Assembly: GCF_025526975.1 (NCBI RefSeq)
Contig: NW_026515695.1
Span: 186,001 to 250,000 of the forward strand
Source of the DNA: Fimicolochytrium jonesii
Taxonomy: Eukaryota
Length of the DNA: 64,000 bases
Direction of reading: 5' to 3'
The notes below the pieces were generated by a model. The model made no database searches, was not told the origin of the DNA, and saw only the letters and a list, made by a program, of their open reading frames with translations. Shown piece by piece: positions 50,851 to 63,222 of the stretch. A program made the position numbers and the translations under genes. Numbering within the stretch: position 1 is the stretch's first letter; every line of letters begins with the position of its first letter.

Positions 50851-51250
50851 GTGGGCTAAACCCAATTTTTTGTCAACCCTCCTACGTCCGAAAGGAATAG
50901 GAAACCCATAAAACAAAGGAAGAAAAATATGAGTTGCGAGTGTGAGATGAGATATTTGGACATACCCGCCACAGTATGGATGCGCAGATTCACTCACAGT
51001 GGGCTATAAACCCAACTTTTTGCCAACCCTCCTACTGTGCATTCTTGAGGAAGGAAGGATGTGGGAAACCCGTAAAACAAAGGAAGAATAAATGGGTTGC
51101 TAGTGGGTTACTGAACGTACCAGGATATCTGAGCCGGCAAAATGGGCCATCTCAGTGTTTGTCAACCTCTCCTATACTTCCCTGAGAAAGGAATGGGAAA
51201 CCAGTAAAAAAAGGAGAAAGTATGAAAGTAGGAGTTGCGTATGTGAGATG
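50851..51250. repeat. Degenerate direct repeat, 3 copies, about 150-bp period, non-coding
   Basis: Shared blocks TTTG(T/C)CAACC..CCTA, GGAAACC..TAAAA.AAAGGA.GA and GTTGC.AGTG/GTGAGATG. Confidence 0.8.
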
Positions 51251-52283
51251 GTGAAAGCGAGTATTGAAGGAGTGTCGAGCGTCCCACGAAGCGGGCTATA
51301 AATGCGAGTGGCGACTCTATGTTGTCGTGCAGGAACACGTTCTCAACTCACGGCTGCTTATATGCAGAAGGCGCAGTTACGCTTCTTGTTGGGGCCCGTG
51401 TAGGTGAGGGCCATGTATGTGGAGAAGGTGGATATGCAGGACGAAGCCTTGCGGTCTACCAGATCCTCATGCGCACCGAACATGGAAGTCCGCCATGTCC
51501 GCGCTGCACTCGGGGTTGTCCGCCGTCACAGAAGAAATGCTGGCGCTCAACGCTCATGAATGCTGAGCGCCTGCATTTCCAAGCGGTTTGGAGAGCAACC
51601 ACCTTCTCCACATACACGGCCCTACCTATTTCTGGCCGGGATTGGACTTGGCTACTGCTGCGATTGCTCTTCGGTCTAAACAATACGCCGTACGCTGTGG
51701 ATGCTGCTTGTACTCACTCAGCCTGCGGCCCACCATTGAAACAACCTCATCGACGATTACCCTAGCCCTTGGATCATGTAGACCTCCGGAACAACTATCG
51801 CACGCCCGCCATCTGGATCTGAGGGAATCGCCCTTCATACGTATATGAGCAGAAGTACTGTAGCTACTGTATACAGTCTTACTCTTTATATTCGGATGCG
51901 AGATGGAACATGGCATGAGAGCAACGTGAGAGCAACGCGTGCAAATCCAACGCGTCGAAGCCAAAAGGGGACGCGTTCACCGGTTTCCCCCTTCTTGCCC
52001 AAGTCCCTTTGGTTTTGGACATCCCCTTTTTCCCCTCACGATATTGCCGTCCGGTCCCTTCGCCCACAATAAAACGGACCTTCAAGATGCATGAGTTGAC
52101 ATCTTGTGCCAGGCTTCTTGCTTCGAGAACTTTTGCCATTTCAACGTCCGCCACCTTACGGTTGTCCTTGTCCGTGTGTTTGTGCAGTGGCCCCCGGACC
52201 TAACAACGTTTCCGGAACAGTTCTCCAGCGTCTGAAGTAACCTACAATCGTGAGGAAAATAAGAAGTGGAGACGGTGTGAAAG

Positions 52284-53295
52284 ATGACCTCCAGACAAGG
52301 ACTCGGGTACGTCGCTGCGCTGCTCGCTCTGGTAAGTGGACCTCCATCGACGGGGAATGTCAACTCTAGGTCCGAGGTCGATACTCACCCCTCCCCCACA
52401 GCTCCTCCTAACACTGGTCATCCTCGGCGGTCTACCACTCTCCCTCCTCCGGTAAACTATCAAACTCCACATCCTCCCCACCAACACGCAAACTCACCCA
52501 CCCTCCTTATCCCGCGACACAGCGACCTAACATGGGTGAAATCCAAAAACTTCACAACGGGCGTCTGGGGTTTCTGCCCCGTCCTCAGCGACAAAGTCTC
52601 GAGCCCTACAAGATTCTGCGTGTCGTTTCAGAGGCCGTGTGTGGATTATGCGAAGAGTGATAAGGATCGGTCTAGCGGTGGGGTCATTCGTTTTGTTCTC
52701 GCTGGGATGTCGGGTGAGGATGAGCGGACTGATGTGGCTTTTTTTGTATGCAGACAAATCCTCAGTAATGACATTCATGGCCCTGCACATCCTCGCCTGG
52801 CTCTTCACCTGCATCGCGCTCGTCCAAACCGCGCTAAGGAGACCGATCAGACAGCCCGCTGTTTACGCTTTCATTGCCGCTATCTGCACCACGTAAGCCC
52901 CCCCCGCCATCCCGCATCCCCTGTTGGCAAAAAAACCACCCCCATCAAAATACTCACACTGGAAGTTTTATTTCAACAGCATAAGCACATCCCTCGCGAC
53001 GACATTCTCCACCTGCACCCTCGACCTCATCCGCGCCTCGCTGCACGACAAGACAGCCCAGCTCGGACCTGCGCGGATGCTCTCCTACGCCGCTGCCGCG
53101 CTACTCTTCCTTGCCGGCATGCTGTTTTGGTTTGAGTTCAAGTTTGTCAAGAAGTTGCATGAGAGTATTGTTGTCGTGGGTGGGGGAAAGAAGAAGGATG
53201 CGCATGGGGGGCATGGGAAGGATGCGCATGGACATGGGAAGGATCATGGGCATGGAGGAGGGCATGGGAAAGGACACGGGGATCATCATGTGTGA
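52284..53295 (+). CDS. SUR7/PalI/claudin-like four-TM protein with His/Gly-rich C-terminus, multi-exon
   Basis: W...GVWGFC...C motif in loop 1, four hydrophobic segments, tail DAHGGHGKDAHGHGKDHGHGGGHGKGHGDHHV. Confidence 0.7.
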
Positions 53296-53674
53296 GGTGG
53301 AGCTTGCACCCTTCGTTGTTGAGGTTGTGCAACTGTAGGCACTGTATTATCTGTTTGTTCTGACTATCGCGTATCCCCCAACGGCGTGGTTTTAACATAG
53401 TCTCCCCCTCCCTCCATAACCCGTCCGGGACCGTTGAGCAAAGGCGGCTTATGACTTTTCCTCCCTTCTGTACTTATCCATTTGTTCGTGTCTTTTCTTC
53501 GAGACTGTTCTCCTTTCGAATCTGATCTAATAGTATATAATTTGTATATCTACTCGCCCTCGAAGACATCGCGGCGTTCAAAGCCCCCATTATGTATTAT
53601 GGACCCAGAATCCATCGATGTCGGTAGGGAGGGCACATGACGCTCCCTCGCAAAAGAAGAGACATCTTCAATCT

Positions 53675-56053
53675 TCACGCAGCACTCCATCGCGCAAGCT
53701 CATTAGGCAGCCGCTCAGGAATCTCCGTCCCGCCCAGTCGTGCGTCGATGAGGTACATGCCTGTGAGGGGAAGATATGATAGGTCGCATTGAGCAGATGA
53801 AAAGGAGTAGGCTCAGAGATAAGGAAAATAGCGATCGCTACCTATACAAAACTCGTCAAGGGACAGCATGGCGTCTCCATCCCTATCCGCCAAATTCCTA
53901 TTTCCACAAATAAAAGAGCAAGTGTTACAAAGCGCGCCTTCTCTTCCTCTCTCCCATCCACCAAAAAGACAGAACGTACCAAATCAACCCCAAATCCATA
54001 TTCCCCAACCCACTCCTCAACCATAACCCCCTCGTCTCCTCACCGCCCACACGTCCATCCCCGTCCGTATCCGTTGCATGGAACAGTTCCGTGTATCGTT
54101 GTACCGCGTCTGGTTGGATGGGGGGTGTGTTTGAGGTCGGGTGGGGCGGGACAGGGCGGGGGGTGGGACGGGGTGGGACCGGGCGAGGGGCTGGGCGGCG
54201 GGTGGGCGGTGGTGTAGTTGTGGAGGTGGAGGGACGGGAGGGGATGGGGGGCCCTGTTGTGTCGACGGCTTTAGGGAGGCCGAGGGCGGATCCTGCGCCT
54301 GGACGGGCTGGTAACGCGAATGGTTGCTGCTGTTGTTGTGCCGGATCCGGTTCTTGGCCGGGGCGCCTGTTGGGGAGGGATGGGGGTAACTGAGGCGCGG
54401 AGGACGTGAATGAGCGGAGTTTTGGGGTTTGTTCGAGGGAGGTGGGGACGGCGGTTGTTGAGGTTGAGAGGGTGTGGGAGACTGAGCGTTGTTGGAGGGC
54501 GGCGTTGAAAGGGGTTGGTTGGCCGCGGAGGGCGGAGGGTTTGACTAGTCGTTCTGTTGTAGTGTCGTCCGCTTCTGCGCTCTGGAGCTGGTTGTTCATG
54601 ACGGAGGTGAAGACCGCGGCGGTCGGCGCCGTAGCGGATTTTCGGATTTGGGATGGTGAGGCACGCGCGGGCAGTCCCGGACCGGCATAGGTCTGGTTGG
54701 ACTGCACAACAGGCGGTCGACTAGGCACAGCCGGACCACTCGCATTCGAGTTCTCCGTCACGCCCATCCCGCCAAATTTGCTACGAAGCTGTGCGACCCC
54801 GCTCCCCACCGATCCTTCGTCGGTCCCCACCGACAACCCCGACGACGCGCTGCTGGACCGCGGTAGCCCAGCGCCGTATCGCTGCTCCGAGTCTTCCGAC
54901 GCCCTCGTACCCGCGACGTTCCCATAAGAGCTTTTCCGGGCGGCGATCATGCTCTCGCGCCCCGCTTTCGCCATCGCGTTGGATTTTTCCAGTATAGCCA
55001 AGCGGGTGGCTTGAACCTCCATCTTCTTCTTTAACCGGCGTTCAGACTCTGCTTCTGGGGACGCGGTGCTCTCGGTTGTTTTCGAGTCGAAATCTGCAGG
55101 TTTTGCGGCGGACCGTAGACCGGAGCGGAACCCTGCATCCGAGTTCGATGCTGTGTCGCTTACGGCGGATGAGAGCGAATTGTTGGAGAGGTCTCGTCGG
55201 AGGTTTATTGATGGCGTCACGGTGGGGAATCGGCCTGCTGAGCCGACTGATACACCACCGACCGCGTTTTCGCGACCCAGGGAAGACACGGAGTTGGCTG
55301 ATGTGGAGCGAACGGCCTGCGGGATACACAGGGAGAGTGAGCAATGGAAGACCTCCAACACGCGAAAAGCAAACACATCCATGTTCTCACCCCAGTAGTG
55401 TACGATCGGGCAGCGGTGGCTATAGAGGGCGCAGCTGTCTGCAAATCGCGCGAAGGCGTTAGACAAGACTCACGGCATGAAAAATACCCTTCATCCATCA
55501 ACCATCAGCAACCATGGTTGACGGATAGTTGAACGATATTCTGCTCACTTCGCTCGCGACGGGGTTGTTGAAGCGGAGCGGAGCAATCTGAGACTCGCTC
55601 TGCTCGCGCTCGCTGTCGCTCGCGAAGGCGTTCGGTCTGGTCAATCTCGCTAACGCTCGGTCCCCCAGTCCGAACCAAGGCTCGCCTGGGGATTGCCTGC
55701 CTCAAGCATCCCTGCTCCTCGCTTCGCTCGGCGCCCTCCGCATTCGCTCCAAGTCGCCTAGCGGCTCCCTTGCGCGAATCAGTCACAAGCGACATCCCTC
55801 GCTACCGCTCGGAACCTCAAGCCTTCCAACCAACCCTCGCTCCCTCGCTTACCTCATCACCATCCTCCCCCTCCTCCAAAAACCTAACATAGTTCCCAGG
55901 AAACAGCCCCGCAACTCCCAACCCTTGGAGTTTCCCGGAGAACCACCCGTCGTCCTCGACAGCCTTGATATCTGTGATGAGGTCGCCTATCCTAAAACTG
56001 AGTTCCTCCTTCGTATCCCCCACGCAGTCGTAGAGAGCTCTTGCGCGCATCAT
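53675..56053 (-). CDS. SH3 domain, Pro-rich linker and C-terminal EH domain protein (endocytic adaptor-like)
   Basis: ARALYDC..ELSF..GWF..GLFPGNYV; LFHATDTDGDG..LGLIWNLADRDGDAMLSLDEFVIGMYLI. Confidence 0.88.
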
Positions 56054-56200
56054 TGCTGAGCCTTTGAAATGTCGTGTGAAGATGGGGTGGTTGTCCGTTG
56101 ACAGATGGACGGAACCCGATCGCAGCGTTGCTTTCAAAGTCTCCACTTTCTGCTGGAAGGGCCTCTCATTACGGCGAGTGACATCACACAGGCCGCACTC

Positions 56201-56227
56201 TGACTCCCTCTGACTCCCTCTGACTCA
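56201..56227 (+). promoter_or_regulatory. Tandem Gcn4/CpcA-like sites
   Basis: TGACTCCCTC TGACTCCCTC TGACTCA upstream of tyrosyl-tRNA synthetase. Confidence 0.45.
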
Positions 56228-56393
56228 CACAGCGCGCCACACCGCAAGCCACATTGCGCCACAGACGCAGTCACTCGACTCACTCGGCGGCCTTCCCGTG
56301 TGGACTCTTGGTTTTGACATTCAGTCCGCTACTAGTTAACATCGGACGGGGCTTTCCTGGGAACACCGCAAACTAACTTCGCAAGCGGCAGTA

Positions 56394-57950
56394 ATGACCA
56401 ACATGACGCCAGAGGAAAAGTACGTACACCTGCGCTCTCTCTCTCGGAATTATATCCGCCTCTGAAAGCCGGCATATTCCATTTCTAACCTACGGAATGA
56501 TCTCCCACAGGTACGACCTGATAACCCGGAACTTGCAGGAGACCTTGGGCGGGGACCAGGTCAAGAAGATTCTTGCGGAGAGGGATCTCAAGATCTACTG
56601 GGGGACGGCGCCGACAGGGAGGCCCCATATTGGTTACTATGTGCCAATGTCCAAAATCGCTGATTTTTTGAAGGCGGGTTGTCATGTATGTACCGAACGG
56701 GGGCGAACGCTCGAACTGCGCCGAGCGAAGCATGCGCGTGCGAAGCGAGTTCCGCGGCGCAGGCGCAATACCTGTGAGCGATAGCGAACAACCGTTCGTT
56801 TTAGGCGAGCGAAGCGAACCCCTGTCTTCAATTGACAGCGAACAACCGTTCCTTTTCCATTCTCGCACAACCGATTAGCGTCGCGTTGTTTCATCCATCA
56901 ACCATCCACTCATCGGACTTGACCCAACTCACTTCGTTCGTACTTGGACAGGTGACAATTCTGGTAGCAAATCTGCACGCGTACCTTGACAACATGAAAG
57001 CACCCTGGGAGCAACTGGAGCTTCGCACAAAATACTACGAGCACACAATAAAAGCAATGCTCCGGTCCATCGGCGTATCCATCGAAAAGCTCGAATTCGT
57101 CACAGGCACAGATTACCAACTCAGCCGCGAATACACCCTGGACGCCTACAAACTCCTTGCCCTCACCACCGAACACGACGCCAAAAAGGCCGGCGCAGAG
57201 GTCGTGAAACAGGTCGAATCCCCTTACATGTCCGGCCTCGTCTACCCGCTCCTACAAGCGTTGGACGAAGAGTACCTGAAAGTCGACGCGCAGTTCGGCG
57301 GCGTCGACCAGCGCAAGATATTCACCTTTGCCGAAAAACACATGCCTATTATCGGCTACAAGAAACGCGCGCATTTCATGAACCCGATGGTCTCTGGCCT
57401 CCGCGGGGCCAAAATGAGCTCGTCGGACCCCGATTCCAAAGTGGACCTCCTGGACGACGCCAAGACCGTGTCGCGGAAGATCAAAAAGGCGTTCTGCGAA
57501 CAGGGCAATGTGGAAAACAACCCGTTGCTCGAGTTTCTCAAAGTCGTCGTTTTCCCCTCCCGGTCGCTTACAACCCCGGACTACAAATTCGTCGTCACCC
57601 GGTCCGAAAAGTTCGGTGGAGACCTGGTGTTTAACACCTACCAGGAGGTTGAGGACGCGTTCAGGGAGGAGCGGTTGCACCCGTCTGACCTCAAAACAGG
57701 TACAGCGGACGCGATCAACGCCCTGCTGGAACCCATCAGGGAGGTCTTCAAGAGCGAGGAGCTGACGAAATTGTCGGCGGACGCTTACGCGCCCTTGAAA
57801 GTGGAGGGCGCGGCGGGGGATGAGGATAAGGCGGCGAAGAAGAAGGCGGAGAAGGAGAAGAAGGCGGCGGCGGCGATTGCGTTCAAGGCGAAGAAGGCCG
57901 CGGAGGAGGCGGAGAAGGCTGCTAGTGTGGGTGCGACTGCGACGAATTGA
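56394..57950 (+). CDS. TYS1: Cytoplasmic tyrosyl-tRNA synthetase, 3 exons
   Basis: [30 protein letters not shown]. Confidence 0.96.
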
Positions 57951-58315
57951 GGTGGAACGCTGCTGCTCTGGGAAGTCATCCCTGCCATCCCATATCCCAC
58001 CTGCACGCCCCGATTCCCTTTCACCTTTGTATATTCATATCTACATACTACGTATTCTTGATCGCTCCAACTCGGGAGCGGAAATCTCCATGACTTGCGA
58101 AAGTGTTCTTTCCGTTCGTTTCGGCCTGAGAATCAGAAAAAATCAACGTTGTTTGTCGTGGCGGGGATGCAAGTAATGATCGGACACGTTGTCCGGATCG
58201 CGTGGCAATCATCCAGTGGGCCGCGCGTTTTCGTTTTCGGTTGTGTCAACACGCAGGCCCATAACATAAAGCACACCCGCTTCCCCCCCTCACGTTTGCC
58301 CCTATCACTGCCACG

Positions 58316-59592
58316 ATGAAGACCTTACACCGCTGGGGAATACTCGGCGCCGGAGTCGGCCTGCTGTCGTTCTTTGCGGTGCGGTACCAGACAGAGTGTG
58401 GCAACGCAGGTATGTGTTTTCGGTGAGGCGAAAGCCACATATAAGAACGCGTCCTTGAACACCTTTTTCCCTCAAACGTTCTTTTTTTCTTTCCCAAACT
58501 TACTTTCTCCGTCTCTACTGTCCTGATTTTTCACTAACCGTCCCAACCACTTGTCTCCTCCCGGACCCTCGCTCTCCCCTTCCCTTCCCCATAAACGACC
58601 CGCCATGCCCTCAGTCGCCGCCGTCGCTCGGCACAATGCAGGCATAAACCTCGCCAACAAACGCTTCCTCGTCGTGGGCGGCACCGCCGGTATAGGCCGC
58701 GCCACCGCCATCAAGCTCGCCTCCCTGCAAGCCTCCGTCACCATCGCCGGCCGCAACGCCACCGCCGGCTCCGAAATCGTCGCGCAACTCTCCTCCCTCA
58801 ACCCAACCGGGGCCCACGAATTCCACCGAGTCGACATGACATCCCTAAAAGACATCCGCCGCTTTGCCACCGAGTTTCGAAACCGCCATAATACCTTGCA
58901 CGGCACCGTCATCTCCGCCGGGTTCATGAGCATGTCAGGCCGCACCGAGAGCGAGGACGGGATCGATAAGAAGTTCCAGGTGCATTATTACGGGCGCGTC
59001 GCGCTGATCCGGGAGCTGTTGCCGCTGGTGAAGCGGACGGCGAGGGGTGGCGAGGAGGATGTGAGGGTGATGTCGGTGTTGGCGGCGGGGTATGGAAATA
59101 CGGTTGATTTGGATGATCTGGATTTGAAGAAAGGGTATGGGATTAAAGCGGTGGCGGATGCGGCTTCGGGGTATAACGATTTGGCTGTTAATGTGAGTTT
59201 TGGTGTTGGATTTTCCTGATCAGGGACCTCTCTTACGGGCCATTGATTGATTACTCTGTATGTTTTTTTTTACTACATTGCAGGCCCTCTCACTCGAAAA
59301 CCCCTCCATCTCCTTCATCCACATCGCACCGGGTGCCATCGACACCTCGCTCGTGGACAACCTCCCCTGGTACTTCAGCAAACCCGCCAAACTGCTCGGC
59401 CCCCTCTTCCTCACCAAACCAGAAACATGCGCCGAGTTCATGGCGTGCGCCCTGACGGCCGATGAGTACAAGAAGGGCTGGCATCTGCTGAGCTCGAAGG
59501 CGGAGGAGATTAAGCCGGTGGCGAAATATCATACGGAGCAGAATGTGAAGAGGGTTTGGGAGCATACTTTGGGGTTGATTGAGGAGAAGTAG
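58316..59592 (+). CDS. Short-chain dehydrogenase/reductase, atypical; alternative start at 58605
   Basis: VGGTAGIG Rossmann motif, DGIDKKFQVHYYGR, HIAPGAIDT. Confidence 0.88.
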
Positions 59593-60564
59593 CAGGGTGG
59601 GGCTAGAGAGGGGGATTTGGATATGTGTGGTTTGCGCGGATTCGGGGGCCATTTCCATATGTCATTTAGCGTTGGACGATTTTAAGTGTGGATAGTCCTA
59701 CGGAGGCGGTTGAGGTTATAGACATTCTTCTTTGCTCAGGACCAACTCAGGCTCTAATTACAGGCCCTGCGCCGGAGTGAAGATCCGAAATTGGGATTGC
59801 TGGAACATTGAAGAATATGATATAGGCGGCAACATAGACGTAGAGTTGGCAAGGTCAGGGATTGTCACCCGGGATCGACAGGGCCTAATCACAGGCTTTC
59901 CGCTGATGGCAAACTAGATGTTGACTAACTACTGTGGCGGAAGCCTCAGGTGTATGCGAATAGTCTAATTCTTGTTAGAAGCGATGTGTGTGGGCTGGGA
60001 AAGCTTAAACTCTTTGACTGCGTTCGACAGCGCGCCGAGTCGCTCCCGACGTTCAATCTCTCATTCAAAACCTATGTTCTTTTACCGGTTATTTGGGCGG
60101 GACAAGATCCAAAGACCTGGAAGTAAAACATGTTGTAGTTAAATAATGGGTTAGGTAAGTAGAAATTAACCTAGAAACGAAAGTAGAAAAGAAGATAAAA
60201 TCGAATAAGCGTATCGAATGGAGTGAACGTTGGGCCCTGCTAGGCCCGGCCACCGAGGCGCATCCAAACCGGCGGCCTGGACAACGAGAACCCGTATCAA
60301 GGTTCCGGAACTTTGGACAAGAATCGACAGCGCGTCTTTCTAGACAGCGGGTGTAATCGCGATAACGTTTCCTCGGTGGGGTCCGCTGACCGAAAAGGCC
60401 TTTGTCAACACACACACATCCGAGGGGTTTACTTGCAAAAGACGTTTGGGAGGTAAAGAAAACTTTATTCATTTCTCGATCTCATTCAGTGCCCTCAAGT
60501 GATAAACAATGAGTCGACTGAATCCACGGCTCTACCTCGATTGGTCTTATAAAAAGCGAACGAC

Positions 60565-62836
60565 ATGAAATCACTCGCTTCGGCTTACCTCTCTCCCACC
60601 GAGCATTCGCCTTCTTTCCAGATGCCCAACACCAGCACCCTCGCACCGGACCTCCCTGACCTCCCCGAAGCCAGCCGCGAATTCGAAATCGACGCATCCT
60701 TCGCGAACCTGGCCCCAACGAGCCCCGCGCCAAGATCTACCAATTCGGGGCTCGACAACAGACGCAAGTCGGGTGTAAGCACTACCCGAAGCAACTTCTA
60801 CGAGCTGCCCAACCGCGACAGCGACGGCGGCCGGTTAGGCCAGCTCGAGCGGCACCAGTCCCCATCGCAGAGCCCCATGGCCACGCAATCCTCGATGCGG
60901 GTCGGCAACACGGGCGCGTTACGACGGGGCGTGCGACGGACGGCTCGCAGAGGCCCCAGCGTCTCCAAACTGAGCGAGGAGGAAACCGGCGGCGAGCAAT
61001 ACGAGGAAGACATCGGGATCCCCTCGTGGGCGGAACACCGGTCAGCGGGGGAGGTCGTACTCTACGGTCGGATTACGGAAGGGGTGGTGATGCTGATGCT
61101 GCTGCTGGGCAGTTTTATTTTGATAAATTATGTGTCGAATGCGGTTCTGCCGACGCAGTATGGGCCTTCTATCTTGCATGGTGCGTTGGCGATTGCGGGG
61201 TATTGCATTAGCTCGTTGGGGGGTAAGATGGTGACCGAGTCGATCCATCATGCGTTGACAATTATTGCGCTGACGAGGGGGGCTGATTGTTATATTATGG
61301 TATGTGAAGGAATAGCTGTTTTTTTTGGACTATACGGCGATTATTAACCTAGCAACGTCGCATTCATTCTAATGTAGTCGAGTAACTATCAAACACGGAA
61401 CCCGTTCATCCTATCCAAACGAGCCCTGTTTTGTTGCCTGCAGAACGCAAAAGACACGAAATCCGTCGAACTGGTTCGCTTATCGCTCATCGTGATGATG
61501 CTGATACTGCATTTGACGCTGTCTGGTATATTGTAAGTGTTTCCGTGGCTTTGAAAACATCACAAGTCCCCGATCAACTTCCCGGAACTAACATATTCCC
61601 CTTCCCAGATCGTTCGCAATGGTCTCCATCGAATGGGTCGAAATCGCCAGCAGCATCGGCACGGGCACCTGCGAAAAGGGCGTCTACACTCCCATCCTCG
61701 AATCCCAACGCCAAAACATCCACCAACTCGCCTCCTCCGTCTCCCCCGCCATCTTCGTCGACACCGACGGCTCCGTCGGGGTCATCAGCTCCCTGCTGCC
61801 CAAAACCGCTACCAACGTGCAGGTCACAGGCACCGGCGCGGTCGTCAAAGTCCTGGCGCCCAATATGGACGAGACGGCCGAACCGTGTACCAGCGACGCG
61901 TTGACGAATTCGAGTTACTGGGGTCTGGCAGCGGTCGTGTGTGATCGCGAGTATCATCCGACGACGACGGGGGCGCAGCTGTTCCTTCGGCTTGGCTTGC
62001 CCGTGCGGTACTGCTCCGGCTGCGTCAGCCACTCCTCCTACCAGTATTTCACCGTCTCTGGCGAAATGCAATACTTCACCGGCACGGTGACCGCCGAGTT
62101 CGCGGAGGACGTGTCGGCGATCTCCCGCGCCGGGTACGTGAGCCACGGCGACCTGGTATCCGGGGTCGACTCCTCGCTCGCGGCCAACTTCATGTCGATC
62201 TGGAACCGCACCACTCCCATCTTACTCGTCGGCACCTTCCAGGCCCGCCAGCCCGCCATCTTCAACTCGATCGTCAACGCGCAGGGGCAGTACACGCCAC
62301 GTATGACGGAGGAAGGCATGGCGCGCGGGATCGCGTCGCTCTTTGAGACGACCATGATGTCGTTCACGAGCTCCAGCGACTACAGCTGTGATCTGAAGGC
62401 GACACAGGGGTATGGGCATGGGGTGATCAGCGGATGGCTGCCGAAGGTCTTTGGGACCGTCGCGGTGGTGTCTGCCGTCGTCGTCATTGGGATCATGCTT
62501 GAGGCGCGTAAGGCGGTTAAGGAACTGCAGCCGCACGCGTACGCTCGCGGGCTGTCCATCATGAAGGACCCGCTCCGCTTCATGGTCTCGATGAAAGATT
62601 GCCGCGCGTTCTGGGAGAGGACCACGGGAGGGTGTGATGCGAGCGGGGACCTGTTGCGAAACGCGAGTGCGGGGTTGATCTGCAAGTATGGAGAGGAAAA
62701 GGCCACCAGGTCGTTGGAGACGGGACATTTGATGTTTGGGGCGCCGGAGGATGTCATCCCCATTCGCGATGGACGGGAGTATAGCGGGCCGGCAGACGGT
62801 CGGAGGGATTTCTACAAAAGCTTGGTGTCGAGTTGA
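60565..62836 (+). CDS. Hypothetical multi-pass membrane protein with a large luminal/extracellular domain, multi-exon
   Basis: Long ORFs of 260 and 405 aa with TM segments and GT-AG introns; family not recognised. Confidence 0.7.
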
Positions 62837-63222
62837 AACCAAATTGCAACGTAGATAGTTCATTGGACCATATTGTCAATTTTTCATTCCAATGGTGTCG
62901 AGCATCATTAGTCCAGGAGTGAGAACATTTACGAAAATTCGGACATTTGGTATGGGTGGGTCAAGCATTTTGAGCTCTTTCCATCACAAGCCCGGGTCGA
63001 ACTGGGGAGGTTGATGGAGCTAGGAAACTCGAGAGAAAACAAAGCCGACCAAGTGCAAGCGCAACACGAATAAATTTTGAATATCGAAAAACTTTTGAAA
63101 TATGTAACGATGCCCAAAGGCAAGGGATAAGGAAACAAGAAGCGCTGCAATAGCATAGGCGAACGTCGAATCGGGGGCCCTTAGGACCCACGTAAAGGTC
63201 TAAACTACCGACTCATCACCCT

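Noticed and set aside
51588..51848. Possible decayed gypsy integrase zinc finger (YFWPGL...YAVRCGCC)
   Set aside because: Only a short motif resemblance with no DDE core or LTR; needs BLASTx
57820..58176. Poly-arginine ORF
   Set aside because: Alternative frame of the Lys/Ala/Glu-rich TYS1 C-terminus
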